Shown here in pieces: positions 1 to 15,096 of a stretch of 64,000 bases of DNA; the stretch's first letter is position 1; each line of letters starts with the position of its first letter. The notes below the pieces were generated by a model. That model was not told the DNA's origin, ran no database searches, and was given only the letters and a program-made list of their open reading frames with translations. The stretch is from contig NZ_VITR01000004.1 of assembly GCF_007827955.1 (NCBI RefSeq), positions 135,099 to 199,098 on the forward strand, in the 5' to 3' direction. The DNA is from Nitrospirillum amazonense. GTDB taxonomy: Bacteria > Pseudomonadota > Alphaproteobacteria > Azospirillales > Azospirillaceae. The translations under genes were made by a program, and so were the position numbers.

Positions 1-208
1 GAAGGTCTTGGGCAATGGCCTCCTGCCGGCGACCAATCCCCCCGCCATTCCCAACCTTTTCCTGTTCTATTGGGACGTCAATTCTTTGGACAACGCCGGC
101 GCCATCACATTCTCCGTCCGGGTCATTCGCGCCAACCAATAGCCCGATGAGCGGGGAGGGGACGTAGACAGGAGCGCCCCCTCCACCGCGCGCGAGACGG
201 GCCGCCTC

Positions 209-3082
<2,874 letters not shown>

Positions 3083-3088
<6 letters not shown>

Positions 3089-3097
3089 GGTATGTTC
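3083..3097. promoter_or_regulatory. Candidate LexA (SOS) box GTTC-N7-GTTC overlapping the uvrA start codon
   Basis: Sequence gTTGTTCatggtatGTTCtga. Two GTTC tetramers are separated by exactly 7 nt, matching the alphaproteobacterial LexA direct-repeat box. It sits on the start of uvrA, a classic SOS gene. Confidence 0.5.
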
Positions 3098-3406
3098 TGA
3101 ATAGTCGATCGGGGCGGGCGCTGGCAAGGGGGAATACGCCGGTAGGCGCGCTCCGCCCCGCCAGCGGGCGACAGCGCCCTAATATGGGGGTGGCTGTGTC
3201 AAAAGGCGACAGCAGGATGCATCCTCTTTTGTGGCAGGGGGGGATGCGGTCGCGGCTGTCCCTTTGGGGCTGTGGGGTCGATATTTTGGGTATGCCGGGG
3301 GCCTGCACCACCATCGCTGTGGCAATGCGCCGGCGGGACAGTGTAGGCTCTCCCCATCAACGGCGGGGTCTCGAGGGCCCCTTCATGGATTCAGGACGGA
3401 TCGGAC

Positions 3407-3964
3407 ATGGCTGGCAGCGTCAACAAGGTCATTCTCATCGGCAACCTCGGCAAGGAGCCGGAGGTGCGGTCGATGCAGAACGGGGGCAAGGTGTGCAACC
3501 TGCGCATCGCCACCTCTGAAACCTGGAAGGACCGCAACAGCGGGGAGCGTCAGGAACGCACCCAGTGGCACCAGGTGGTGATCTTCAATGAGGCGTTGAT
3601 CGGCGTGGCCGAGCGCTTCCTGAAGAAGGGCTCCAAGGTCTATATCGAGGGCCAACTGGAAACCCGCAAGTGGACGGACCAGTCCGGCCAGGAAAAGTAC
3701 ACGACCGAGGTGGTGCTGCGCCCCTTCCGCGGTGAATTGACCATGCTGGACGGCCGCGAGGGCGGCGGCGGCTACGAGTCGGGCGGCGACTTCGGCGGCG
3801 GCGGCTCCAGCTACGGCGGTGGTTCATCGGGCGGCGGGTATGGCGGCGGTGGCGGCGGCAGCTATGGTGGGGGCGGGTCCTCATCCTCCGGCGGCGGTTC
3901 GCGCGGCGGCTTCGGTGGCGGCGGCAAGCCGGCCGACGATCTGGATGATGAGATTCCGTTCTGA
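3407..3964 (+). CDS. ssb: Single-stranded DNA-binding protein
   Basis: OB-fold N-terminus [42 protein letters not shown], then a Gly-rich tail ending DDLDDEIPF (acidic SSB C-terminal tip). Divergent from uvrA, as in many bacteria. Confidence 0.95.
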   Translation: MAGSVNKVILIGNLGKEPEVRSMQNGGKVCNLRIATSETWKDRNSGERQERTQWHQVVIFNEALIGVAERFLKKGSKVYIEGQLETRKWTDQSGQEKYTTEVVLRPFRGELTMLDGREGGGGYESGGDFGGGGSSYGGGSSGGGYGGGGGGSYGGGGSSSSGGGSRGGFGGGGKPADDLDDEIPF

Positions 3965-3996
3965 CGCATCCGTTTCAGCAGACTTAGGAATAAGCC

Positions 3997-4024
3997 AAGG
4001 GCCGCGGTAACGCGGCCCTTTCGC
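3997..4024. terminator. GC-rich hairpin (aagGGCCGCG-gtaa-CGCGGCCctt) between convergent ssb and the 4061-4402 ORF
   Basis: Perfect 8-bp GC stem with a 4-nt loop about 35 nt after the ssb stop, followed by ttcgctg. It could terminate transcripts from both sides. Confidence 0.4.
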
Positions 4025-4060
4025 TGTCAGCGGTTTGATGGGTGCCTCACGCTCACGGCG

Positions 4061-4402
4061 TCACGAGGTGCTGCCCCGTCCCCGGCTGCTGTTGGCCCGC
4101 GTTGCGGTGCCCGCCGTGCTTTCCGACCGGTCGCCCTGCGGGCCGCGCTGGCCACTGCCGCCGGCATCCCAGTCGCCTTTGCCGCCCAGGGCGGTGCGGG
4201 TGCCCCCCTCCTGGGGCGGCGAAGCGTGCTCCGGCCCCGGCGCGCCCGGCTTCTTGGTCGCGGCGTGTCCGGTCATGGCCCATTCGTCCTTGAGGCGCCG
4301 GGTGTCGCTGGCCTCCCCGACGGCGCGCTTCCTCTCCGCCGGGCTGCGGTGATCTGGCTGGGGCGCTGCTTGCCTGGTATGGGTATGGTGGTGTTGTGAC
4401 AT
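4061..4402 (-). CDS. Small hydrophilic, His/Gly/Pro-rich hypothetical protein (113 aa)
   Basis: ATG preceded by a good SD (gatagaGGAaaag-ATG). Third codon positions are strongly G/C-biased like native genes. Low-complexity charged sequence (MSQHHHTHT...GGKGDWDAGGSGQRG...). No recognizable domain. Confidence 0.35.
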   Translation of the reverse strand: MSQHHHTHTRQAAPQPDHRSPAERKRAVGEASDTRRLKDEWAMTGHAATKKPGAPGPEHASPPQEGGTRTALGGKGDWDAGGSGQRGPQGDRSESTAGTATRANSSRGRGSTS

Positions 4403-4502
4403 CTTTTCCTCTATCTTTCAGGGTGGCTCCTCTCCTCTTCGAATGTCCGAAAGGGGCAATGGTTCCCGGACGGCGCAGTAAGAGGGCAAAATAATTTGGT
4501 TT

Positions 4503-5324
4503 TTGTATGGAATGGAGGGCGGTTTGGAAGTGACTGGACTGGATATTATTATGGTAAGTCCTGGGCTTGGCTGGGCCGGTAATGCCAGTGAATATTTTTT
4601 AGAAATATTGGAGAAATTTGGGGATTGTGCCGACTTAATTGCCTTCTCCGGATGGACATTATCTTGTGCTCAGTTCGAAGGTGTGAAAGACAAAATCGCC
4701 GGTCTTTCCAAAAAGAAGGCGCGTGTGGTCTGGGAGGTCGGAGAACGGTCCAAAACTGAAGAAAAGCCGAAATTTGTCGAGTTGTATAGCAATCAAGGTG
4801 GAGATTACATTTGCCATGGGCGGCAGTTTTTTGTTTCTCCAAGGGACCGACAGGGGCGAATTGATTTTATGAACGCCTGTGACGGCCGAGATGGTGAAAA
4901 TAAGCTGGATCGTTGGATAAAAATAAAAGAGAAGGATTTTTTCTGGCTTAATTGTGGGGAGATTTTCTTACTTAGAAGTCCACAGGACGCCGAATTCTCT
5001 TGTCCCCGGGACGACGTCAAGAATTGGTTTGAGGGAATCAAGGAAAAAGCAGCGGGCTTCTTCAATCCCACGCACAGTGAGTTTCAGCGTCGTCATATCA
5101 CGGCGAAGCAGGCCCGCTATCTTTCACAAGAAAACCGCATTTTCCTACGCCCTACCCGACATTATGAAGCAGACCGGAGAGGGGATGATGCTTATCGAAA
5201 GCGTCACCTCATGGTCTATCGGGATTCAAAGGTCGAAAATCCCTCTTTCAGTGAAGATGTGCGTCGAGGAAATGCTGGGGACAGCGCATACATGCTGAGC
5301 AGGTTCAACGTGCCGGTCCCGTGA
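4503..5324 (+). CDS. Hypothetical protein (ORFan) on a low-GC insertion
   Basis: The only long ORF in a ~1-kb stretch whose GC content is visibly far below the surroundings (aatatttttt agaaatattg gagaaatttg...). Lys/Glu/Phe/Trp-rich composition is atypical for this genome. The first ATG is at 4512 (MEGGLEV...); the track start at 4503 is TTG. No domain recognized. Confidence 0.5.
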   Translation: MYGMEGGLEVTGLDIIMVSPGLGWAGNASEYFLEILEKFGDCADLIAFSGWTLSCAQFEGVKDKIAGLSKKKARVVWEVGERSKTEEKPKFVELYSNQGGDYICHGRQFFVSPRDRQGRIDFMNACDGRDGENKLDRWIKIKEKDFFWLNCGEIFLLRSPQDAEFSCPRDDVKNWFEGIKEKAAGFFNPTHSEFQRRHITAKQARYLSQENRIFLRPTRHYEADRRGDDAYRKRHLMVYRDSKVENPSFSEDVRRGNAGDSAYMLSRFNVPVP

Positions 5325-5450
5325 GGTCTGTCTTTCGGCATGGCCATCTCCTAATTCGGAGGATTGCAGGCGACAACCCGACTGATGCTAGGGTGACGGC
5401 CGCGCCTTGGTGATCCTGGGCGTTCCGCGTCGGTATCGAGAGATGGAAGC

Positions 5451-7211
5451 ATGCGCACGCTGACGGTCGCCCTGCACCAGATGAACTACACCACGGGCGA
5501 TTTCCGGGGGAATTTCGAGCGGACCAGGGCCAGCATCCTGGCGGCGGCCGGGGCCGACCTGCATGTCCTGCCGGAATGCGCCGTGGCCAATTATGCCGCC
5601 GGCGACTACCTGCTGGAGGCCGACTATCAGCAGGCCATCGTCCATTGGACGGAGCAATACCGCCTGCTGTCCGGGGAGGTCGGCACCGCCATCGCCGTGG
5701 GTACGCCGCTGCGCGGCAAGGTGCAGGGGCGCAAGATGGGCAATGGCCTGGTGGTGTTCGACCAGGGCCGGGAAGTGCTGAGCCAGTTTAAGACCCATCT
5801 GCCCAATTACGACGTCTTCGACGACGTGCGCTGGTTCGAGGCACGGGATGAACAGGCGGGCCCGGATGCCGAAATCGGCGTACTGCGCTTCGAGGCCGCC
5901 GGCGGCCCCGTCACCCTGGGCTTCTGCATTTGCGAGGACATTTGGTTCGACGATGTCACCCGCGACCTGAAGGCCCTGGGGGCGGAGGTCATCGTCTCGC
6001 TCAACGCCAGCCCCTATGCCATCGCCAAGGGCAATTTCCGCCGTCGCCTGTTCGCCCAGCGCATCGCTGAAACCGGCCTGCCCCTGGTTTATGTCAACCA
6101 GGTGGGCGGCAATGACGAGCTGGTGTGGGAAGGCTGTTCCGCCATCATGGACCCGGCCGGAACCCTGCATGAAATGGAGATCGGCCGCGAGGGCGGGGAG
6201 GTCGTCGCCCTGATCGACCGGGGGGAGGGCTTCCGCCTGGTGGAGCGCAAGGCGCCCGTCCAGCTGACCGACCCGCAGGAGCGCTATCTGGTCGTGGGCC
6301 TGGGCTTGCGCGATTACATCGAGAAGAACGGTTTCCAGGACGTGGTCTTCGGCCTGTCCGGCGGCGCCGATTCCACCCTGGTGGCGGCCCTGGCGGCCGA
6401 CGTGTTCGGCCCGGCCAAGGTCAACGCCGTCATGATGCCGTCGCCCTACACCAGTTCCGGCTCCAACACCCGGGCGGCGGAGTTCGCGGCCGGCGTGGGC
6501 GCGGGCTTCAGCGCCATCAGCCTGCCCATCACCGTGGAGTATGAGGCCGGGCTGGCCAAGTTCCGCAACGCCTTCGGCCGCGACATGGGCAGCCTGGCGG
6601 ATGAAAACCTGCAGGCGCAGATCCGGGGCAACACCCTGTCCGCCATCTCCAACGACCATGGCCGCTGCGCCATCCTGGGCACCAGCAACAAGAGCGAGAT
6701 CCTGATGGGATACGGCACGCTCTACGGTGACATGCGCGGCGCCTTCAACCCGCTGAAGGACCTTTACAAGGCCATTGACGTCTTCCCCATCCTGGAGATG
6801 CGCCTGTCCCAGGCGCGGAACCCCGATCCGGTGTTCGCCCGTATCTGGGAAGGGGCCTTCGGCAAGCCGTTGGAGCCCTATGACGCCCAGGCGCAGGCCG
6901 CCCTGCGCGCCGTCATCGATGTCGAACCCAGCGCCGAGCTGAAGCACAACCAGCGCGACACCGACAGCCTGCCGCCTTATCCCCGGCTGGACGCCGTGCT
7001 GTGGGAGATGGAGGACGCCAAGGAACGCCAGACCGACGCCGAGATCGCGGAAAAGCTGGGCGAGCCGCTGGCGTTCGTGCAGGACATCCGCCGCCGGGTC
7101 CGCCGGGCGGAGTTCAAGCGCTTCCAGTCCCCGCCCGGTCCCAAGGTGCACCGCAAGTCCCCCACCACCAAGGACCGCCGCTTCCCCCTGACGGCGCGCT
7201 TCACCGGGTAG
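5451..7211 (+). CDS. nadE: Glutamine-dependent NAD+ synthetase (N-terminal nitrilase-like glutaminase domain plus C-terminal NAD synthetase domain)
   Basis: N-terminal C-N hydrolase motifs (LHVLPECAV; FKTHLPNYDVFDD; GFCICEDIWF). C-terminal PP-loop SGGADS (VVFGLSGGADSTLVAALA). Confidence 0.9.
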   Translation: MRTLTVALHQMNYTTGDFRGNFERTRASILAAAGADLHVLPECAVANYAAGDYLLEADYQQAIVHWTEQYRLLSGEVGTAIAVGTPLRGKVQGRKMGNGLVVFDQGREVLSQFKTHLPNYDVFDDVRWFEARDEQAGPDAEIGVLRFEAAGGPVTLGFCICEDIWFDDVTRDLKALGAEVIVSLNASPYAIAKGNFRRRLFAQRIAETGLPLVYVNQVGGNDELVWEGCSAIMDPAGTLHEMEIGREGGEVVALIDRGEGFRLVERKAPVQLTDPQERYLVVGLGLRDYIEKNGFQDVVFGLSGGADSTLVAALAADVFGPAKVNAVMMPSPYTSSGSNTRAAEFAAGVGAGFSAISLPITVEYEAGLAKFRNAFGRDMGSLADENLQAQIRGNTLSAISNDHGRCAILGTSNKSEILMGYGTLYGDMRGAFNPLKDLYKAIDVFPILEMRLSQARNPDPVFARIWEGAFGKPLEPYDAQAQAALRAVIDVEPSAELKHNQRDTDSLPPYPRLDAVLWEMEDAKERQTDAEIAEKLGEPLAFVQDIRRRVRRAEFKRFQSPPGPKVHRKSPTTKDRRFPLTARFTG

Positions 7212-7356
7212 GCACCGGCCTGGGCGACCATCATCAGGTGCGCGCCAGCCAGCCGTGCGCCCCTGAGGGTTGCGGTTGCCCCGCCGGCGCGGTAGGCAAG
7301 GGGAAACGCCCAGACGATTGTCCGGGCAACGATAAAGCCGCCAGAGCACGCTCGTC

Positions 7357-8805
7357 ATGACCCAGTTCGAGCCCCCCGTGCCGCCGGAAGTGTCGGCGGC
7401 GGTGACGCCCCTGCCGCCCCTGGACGAGGCGGCGGTCGAAGCGGCGTGCCCTGGCCTGCCGCCACGCGGGCCGGATGAGGCGCTGTTGCCCCGCGTGTTG
7501 GTCCATGCGCGCGACCTGGTGCTGCTGGCCGCGCCCCTGATGCTGACCCGCATCGGGCAGCTCTTCATGCAGACAGTCGACACCGCCATGGTTGGCCGCT
7601 ACAGCGCGGAGGAACTGGCCTATTTCGGCCTGGGCAACACGCCGGTGGGCACTGCCTTCGCCACCGTGGTCGGCTTGATGATGGGGACCATCATCCTGGT
7701 GGCCCAGGCCGTGGGGGCGGGCCGGCCGCACGAGGCGGGGGCCGTCTGGCGCCGCTCTCTACCCTATGCTCTGTTGATCGGCGGCATCGTGGCCATCGCC
7801 TGCCAGTTCGGGGAAGCCTTCTTCCTGCTGACGGGACAGGAGGCGGACATCGCCCACGGCGCGGCGGCGGTCATCGCCATCCTGGGCCTGGGCATGCCGG
7901 CCGCGGTCATGCAGATCACCACCTCCTTCTTCCTGGAGGGCATCAAGCGGCCGTTTCCGGCCATGATTTCCATGATCGTGGCCAACCTGCTGAACTTCGC
8001 CCTGGATTACACCCTGGTCTTCGGTCATTTCGGCCTGCCCGCCCTGGGGGCCATGGGGTCGGCCATCGCCACCACCAGCATCCGTTGGATCACGGCCCTG
8101 GGCCTGATCCTCTATGTCTGGACCATGCGCGACCATGCCCGTTACGGCGTGCGCGGGTCCTTCCTGGAATGGCGGCAGGGACGGGGCCACCGTCATCTGG
8201 GCTACGCCGCCGGTCTCAGCCAGGGGGCGGAGTCGTCCGCCTTCGGTACCATGGGCATCTTCGCCGGCTGGCTGGGGGCTCTGGGCCTGGGGGCCTACGC
8301 CGTTGGACTGAACGTGCTGGCCCTGGTGTTCATGGCGGCCCTGGGGCTGGCGTCGGCCACCGCCGTGCAGGTGGGGCAGGCGCACGGCGCCGGCAACCGG
8401 CGCGAGGCCACGCTGGCCGGGTGGACGGGGCTAGCCATCACCGCCCTGACCTTGGCGGTGGTGGGCGTGGTGCTGGCCCTAGCGCCCGAGATCATCGCCG
8501 GCCTCTATGCCAGCGATCCGGCGCTGATCCGCGTTCTGGTGCCCACCATCGCGCTGATGGCCTGGATCGTGGTGGCGGACGGCGGGCAGACGGTCATGGC
8601 CAGCGCCCTGCGCGGCCAGGGCGACAGCTGGATTCCCACCGCCCTGCATTTCTTCAGCTATTACGGCGTCATGATCCCGACCGCGGCCTATGCCGCCTTC
8701 CATCTGGGGCACGGCATCCTGGGCATCTTCGAGGGTATCCTGGCGGCCAGCATCGTGGCGGTGTCGGTGCTGATGATCCGTTTCCACCTGCTGTCACGAC
8801 GCTGA
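7357..8805 (+). CDS. MATE family efflux transporter
   Basis: MATE N-terminal signature LLAAPLMLTRIGQLFMQTVDTAMVGRYSAEELAYFGLGNTPV. About 12 predicted TM segments. Start uncertain: the N-terminal ~45 aa are Pro-rich. Confidence 0.85.
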   Translation: MTQFEPPVPPEVSAAVTPLPPLDEAAVEAACPGLPPRGPDEALLPRVLVHARDLVLLAAPLMLTRIGQLFMQTVDTAMVGRYSAEELAYFGLGNTPVGTAFATVVGLMMGTIILVAQAVGAGRPHEAGAVWRRSLPYALLIGGIVAIACQFGEAFFLLTGQEADIAHGAAAVIAILGLGMPAAVMQITTSFFLEGIKRPFPAMISMIVANLLNFALDYTLVFGHFGLPALGAMGSAIATTSIRWITALGLILYVWTMRDHARYGVRGSFLEWRQGRGHRHLGYAAGLSQGAESSAFGTMGIFAGWLGALGLGAYAVGLNVLALVFMAALGLASATAVQVGQAHGAGNRREATLAGWTGLAITALTLAVVGVVLALAPEIIAGLYASDPALIRVLVPTIALMAWIVVADGGQTVMASALRGQGDSWIPTALHFFSYYGVMIPTAAYAAFHLGHGILGIFEGILAASIVAVSVLMIRFHLLSRR

Positions 8806-8816
8806 GCCCCCTGGGC

Positions 8817-9227
8817 TTAGGGCGACGGCAGCAGCAGTTCCACCGGGGTGCCGTCCGGATCGCAGATGTAGAGCGACAGGGTGGGGCCGTGGCGGTTATC
8901 GCCCGCCCGTTCCTCGATGATATCCAGGCCGTGGGCCGCCAGATGCCGCCGCACCGCGGCCTCGTCGCAGGCCTCCAGCGCGATGCACAGATGGTCCAGG
9001 TTGCGGCCCGGTCCCGTCGGCGGCTTGGCCCAGGCCCCCTCCGCCACCGTCACGTCGACCAGGAACAGGTCGGACGTTCCCACCCGCAGCCGCAGCAGCG
9101 CATCCTCCGGCCATTCCGCCGTGACCGGACATCCCAGGATGTCACGATAGAAGGTCAGGCTGCGCGCCATGTCGGTCACGGGCAGGGCCAGGTGGTCCAG
9201 GCCGCGAAGGGTGAAGGGGGGTGTCAT
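8817..9227 (-). CDS. VOC/glyoxalase family protein
   Basis: DHLALPVTDMARSLTFYRDILG...HLCIALE...SLYICDPDGTPVELL is the typical glyoxalase/bleomycin-resistance fold. Start set at MTPPF (9227). The track ORF extends to 9278. Confidence 0.75.
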   Translation of the reverse strand: MTPPFTLRGLDHLALPVTDMARSLTFYRDILGCPVTAEWPEDALLRLRVGTSDLFLVDVTVAEGAWAKPPTGPGRNLDHLCIALEACDEAAVRRHLAAHGLDIIEERAGDNRHGPTLSLYICDPDGTPVELLLPSP

Positions 9228-9458
9228 GCGGGCCGCCGGCAGGGGAAGAGGTTGAACTTTACCGCCGGTTTCCAACACCTGAAACCCTCTCCATCAACGC
9301 TGGGGAGCATTGGGGAGCGAGTCGTGGTCGCGCGCGCGAACCATAGAGATACGCGCCGTGCCGGTTTCATTGTTCACATGCGCGATTGGTGCTAGAAAAG
9401 CGGCCGACCCCCATCGCCCCGGGGCGGCCGTCCGGCCGACCCTAAGGCTTGGTTTTTC

Positions 9459-12269
<2,811 letters not shown>

Positions 12270-12372
12270 GTATGGCGGGGGATCGAATCACACCGTTGAT
12301 TTGGTCCCCCGACACTCGGCAAAGCCGGCGGATGGAGCTGACGATGGGCGGATTGGATCAGCGGGGGCGAGG

Positions 12373-12927
12373 ATGAGCGAGCGTCGCATCGGGGTTTATC
12401 CCGGCACCTTCGACCCCATCACCAATGGGCATTTCGACATCATCCAGCGGGCGGCCAAGCTGGTTGATCACCTGATCATCGGGGTGGCGAGCAATGCGGG
12501 CAAGGGGCCATTGTTCTCCACGGCGGAGCGCGTGGCCCTGGTGCAGGACGAATTGGGGCCGCTGGCTGCCAAGGGCATCTCCGTCGAAGTGCGGTCCTTC
12601 GACAGCCTGCTGATGAACTTCGCCGTGGGCTGTCAGGCCCAGGTGATCATCCGCGGCCTGCGCGCCGTCTCGGACTTCGAGTACGAGTTCCAGATGGCCG
12701 GCATGAACGCCCGCCTCAACCCACAGGTTGAGACCGTGTTCCTGATGGCGTCGGACCGTCATCAGTTCATCTCCTCCCGCTTCGTGAAGGAAATTGGGCG
12801 GCTGGGGGGCGACATCGCCCACTTCGTCAGTCCGCGCGTGGCCCATCGCCTGGCCGAGCGTTTCGCCCAGGATGCCCGCCACGGGGTGGGCGGAATCGAG
12901 CCGGCGACCGGCGGCGCGGGCGAATAA
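12373..12927 (+). CDS. coaD: Phosphopantetheine adenylyltransferase
   Basis: MSERRIGVYPGTFDPITNGHFDIIQRAAKLVDHLIIGV carries the T/HxGH nucleotidyltransferase motif. ATG at 12373; the track ORF starts upstream at 12199. Confidence 0.9.
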   Translation: MSERRIGVYPGTFDPITNGHFDIIQRAAKLVDHLIIGVASNAGKGPLFSTAERVALVQDELGPLAAKGISVEVRSFDSLLMNFAVGCQAQVIIRGLRAVSDFEYEFQMAGMNARLNPQVETVFLMASDRHQFISSRFVKEIGRLGGDIAHFVSPRVAHRLAERFAQDARHGVGGIEPATGGAGE

Positions 12928-13103
12928 TCCGGCGTTTATCCAGCGTTTTCCAGGGCAGGGGGCCTATGCGTCCGGAAAAGGCCGGGGCCTCGCCTGTTTC
13001 CATTGACCGCGCCCACCCCCGTCATTATGGTGCGCGCCACACCGGGACGGGCGCACCAGCCCCGTCTTCGTTCGCGGAAAACCACGCTGTTTTCCCTGCG
13101 GTC

Positions 13104-13179
13104 GATCCCGTAGCTCAGCCGGTAGAGCACGTGACTTTTAATCATGGGGTCGTGGGTTCGAATCCCACCGGGATCACCA
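13104..13179 (+). tRNA. tRNA-Lys (anticodon TTT)
   Basis: Cloverleaf read manually. Acceptor gatcccg/cgggatc, D-stem gctc/gagc, anticodon stem cgtga/tcatg with loop cTTTTaa, T-arm gtggg-ttcgaatc-cccac, discriminator a, then CCA encoded. Confidence 0.85.
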
Positions 13180-13400
13180 ATTAAATCAATCCCTTAAATG
13201 GAAATCCCGCCTAATTCGGCGTTGGATGCGCGGCGACATATTGACGCTGCGCGATGTCAGCTGAACGATGTATCGGCCAAACCGATATGGCGTATTGAAT
13301 AATGCGCCTTCCGGCGGACGTTCTTTGCGTCGATTTTCCTCCTCACCAAAATAAAAGACGATCGCCCGCGTGTGGTCGTCAAATGAGGAGGACGTGCTCT

Positions 13401-14297
13401 GTGAAGAACTGGGCGTATGCTGCGGCATTATTGTGCGCTGCTTCGTTTGCAAATATGAACACAGCTCAGGCCACGGAAGGTGGTGGTAACAGTTATCCGC
13501 CCGGCGCCAGCATCTATCTGGCGGGCGCGATGCCACCACCCGGCGAGTATATCCTGTTTCAGCCCAACTACTACACCGCCGGCCAGTTGAATGACGGCAG
13601 TGGTAATAAAATTCCCTTGGACTTCAGCGTCCAATCCGTCTCGCAGACTTTCCGCGGCTTTCTGGTCACGCCCTATCAATTTTTGGGCGCCCAGGTGGCG
13701 ACCCAATTAATCTTGCCCATCGTCGACCTGCATGCCGAGGTGGCGGGGCAAAAGACCAACAAGCTGGGCTTCGGCGACATCGGCTTTTCGCCGGTGCTGC
13801 TGGGCTGGCACCTCGGCCCCAATCTGACCCTGGTCTTTGGGACCGACATCTTCACGCCGGTGGGTCAGTACAACGTCAACTCCTTGGCCAACATCGGGCG
13901 CAACGTCTGGTCCTTCCAGCCGACCTTTGGGTTGGCTTACATCGATCCCCAGGGCTGGCAGGCCCAGATATCGCCCCGCTTCGCGTTCAACACCACCAAT
14001 GATGCCACGCACTACCATTCCGGCGCCGACTTCGACCTGGACTTCGCCGTGGCGCGCAATGTCGGGGGCTGGCGCTTGGGTGTTTCCGGCTACTACTACG
14101 TCCAGTATCAGGACGACACCCAGAACGGACTGACGGTCGATGGCGACGGCCATCGCGGACAAGCCTTCGCCGTCGGGCCGGCCATCAGCCACGACATCGG
14201 TCCGCTGCAGGCGACTTTCACCTGGCAGCATGAGTTCATGGCCGACAACCGCGCCCAGGGCGAGAATCTGTGGATGCAGTTGGGCCTGCGGCTCTGA
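13401..14297 (+). CDS. Putative outer-membrane beta-barrel protein (MetA-pathway/transport-like family); signal peptide predicted
   Basis: GTG start preceded by aaatGAGGAGgac. Signal peptide VKNWAYAAALLCAASFANMNTAQA. Alternating amphipathic beta-strand pattern with Tyr/Gly/Asn-rich sequence. The family assignment is from memory and is tentative. Confidence 0.45.
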   Translation: MKNWAYAAALLCAASFANMNTAQATEGGGNSYPPGASIYLAGAMPPPGEYILFQPNYYTAGQLNDGSGNKIPLDFSVQSVSQTFRGFLVTPYQFLGAQVATQLILPIVDLHAEVAGQKTNKLGFGDIGFSPVLLGWHLGPNLTLVFGTDIFTPVGQYNVNSLANIGRNVWSFQPTFGLAYIDPQGWQAQISPRFAFNTTNDATHYHSGADFDLDFAVARNVGGWRLGVSGYYYVQYQDDTQNGLTVDGDGHRGQAFAVGPAISHDIGPLQATFTWQHEFMADNRAQGENLWMQLGLRL

Positions 14298-14299
14298 TC

Positions 14300-14992
14300 T
14301 CAGAATAGGGTCGTGGCGGCCTGTGGGGCCAGGAGGTCGGCATCGTCGTTGCGCACGTTGCCGACCCTTGGCCCCACGGCCCAGAAGCGGGTCTCATTGG
14401 CGGGGTAGGGGCGCAGCAGGCCCCGCAGGACGGAGGCGTCGGCGTCCGTTTCTCCCAGCCAGGCGGGCCAGTCATCCGGGGCCAGGATCACCGGCATGCG
14501 GTGGTGGATGTGGCCGATGGCATCGTTGGCCGCCGTGGTCAGGATGGTGTAGGTCCGCACCCATTCGCCGCTGGACGGATCCTTCCAGCCTTCCCACAGC
14601 CCGGCGAAGGCCGCCGTGTCATTGTTGGCCGGCGCGATGGCATAGGCTTGCTTGGCGCCATTCTCCGCCCGCCACTCATAGAAAGCGGTGACCGGCACCA
14701 GGCAGCGGCGCCGGGCGAAGGCTTGTCGGAAGGTTGGCTTCTCCGTCACGCTTTCCGACCGCGCGTTGATCATCTTGGCCCCGCCCGCGAGATCCGCCGC
14801 CCACGAGGGCACCAGGCCCCAGCGCAGCAGGTCCAGCCGCCGTTCCCCCGTCTGCGCGTTCCAGCGCACCACCGGCGCCGACTGTGTGGGCGCGATGTTG
14901 AAACGGCCGGGGAAGTTGGGCAGCGCGCCCAGGGTCTGGAACAGCGCCTCCATGGCCTGGGGCGGTGTGACGGCGGCGTAACGACCGCACAT
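14300..14992 (-). CDS. yedK: SOS response-associated peptidase (SRAP/YedK, abasic-site processing protein)
   Basis: Begins MCGRY, with the invariant catalytic Cys2. Conserved ...NARSESV...FYEW... motifs. ATG at 14992; the track extension upstream is ignored. Confidence 0.85.
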   Translation of the reverse strand: MCGRYAAVTPPQAMEALFQTLGALPNFPGRFNIAPTQSAPVVRWNAQTGERRLDLLRWGLVPSWAADLAGGAKMINARSESVTEKPTFRQAFARRRCLVPVTAFYEWRAENGAKQAYAIAPANNDTAAFAGLWEGWKDPSSGEWVRTYTILTTAANDAIGHIHHRMPVILAPDDWPAWLGETDADASVLRGLLRPYPANETRFWAVGPRVGNVRNDDADLLAPQAATTLF

Positions 14993-15096
14993 GGCGGGGA
15001 CAACTCCGGAGCAGGGGCGGGCGCTTGGCGCGGCGGCGCCGTCATGATACCGCTGGGGCACGGCGAATTGCCACGGTTAGTGTCTGGAGTGATGTG

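Noticed and set aside
3089-3406. Second SOS box serving ssb
   Set aside because: No additional GTTC-N7-GTTC or GAAC-N7-GAAC repeat exists in the 320-bp uvrA-ssb spacer beyond the one on the uvrA start.
4503-5324. Nitrilase-superfamily-like motifs in the low-GC ORFan (LNCGEIFLL resembling the catalytic-Cys block; YRKRHL resembling the catalytic-Lys block)
   Set aside because: The two motifs occur in the wrong order (Cys block at ~aa 150 before Lys block at ~aa 237) and no catalytic Glu block (…PE…) is present. Most likely coincidence. The protein is left as unknown.
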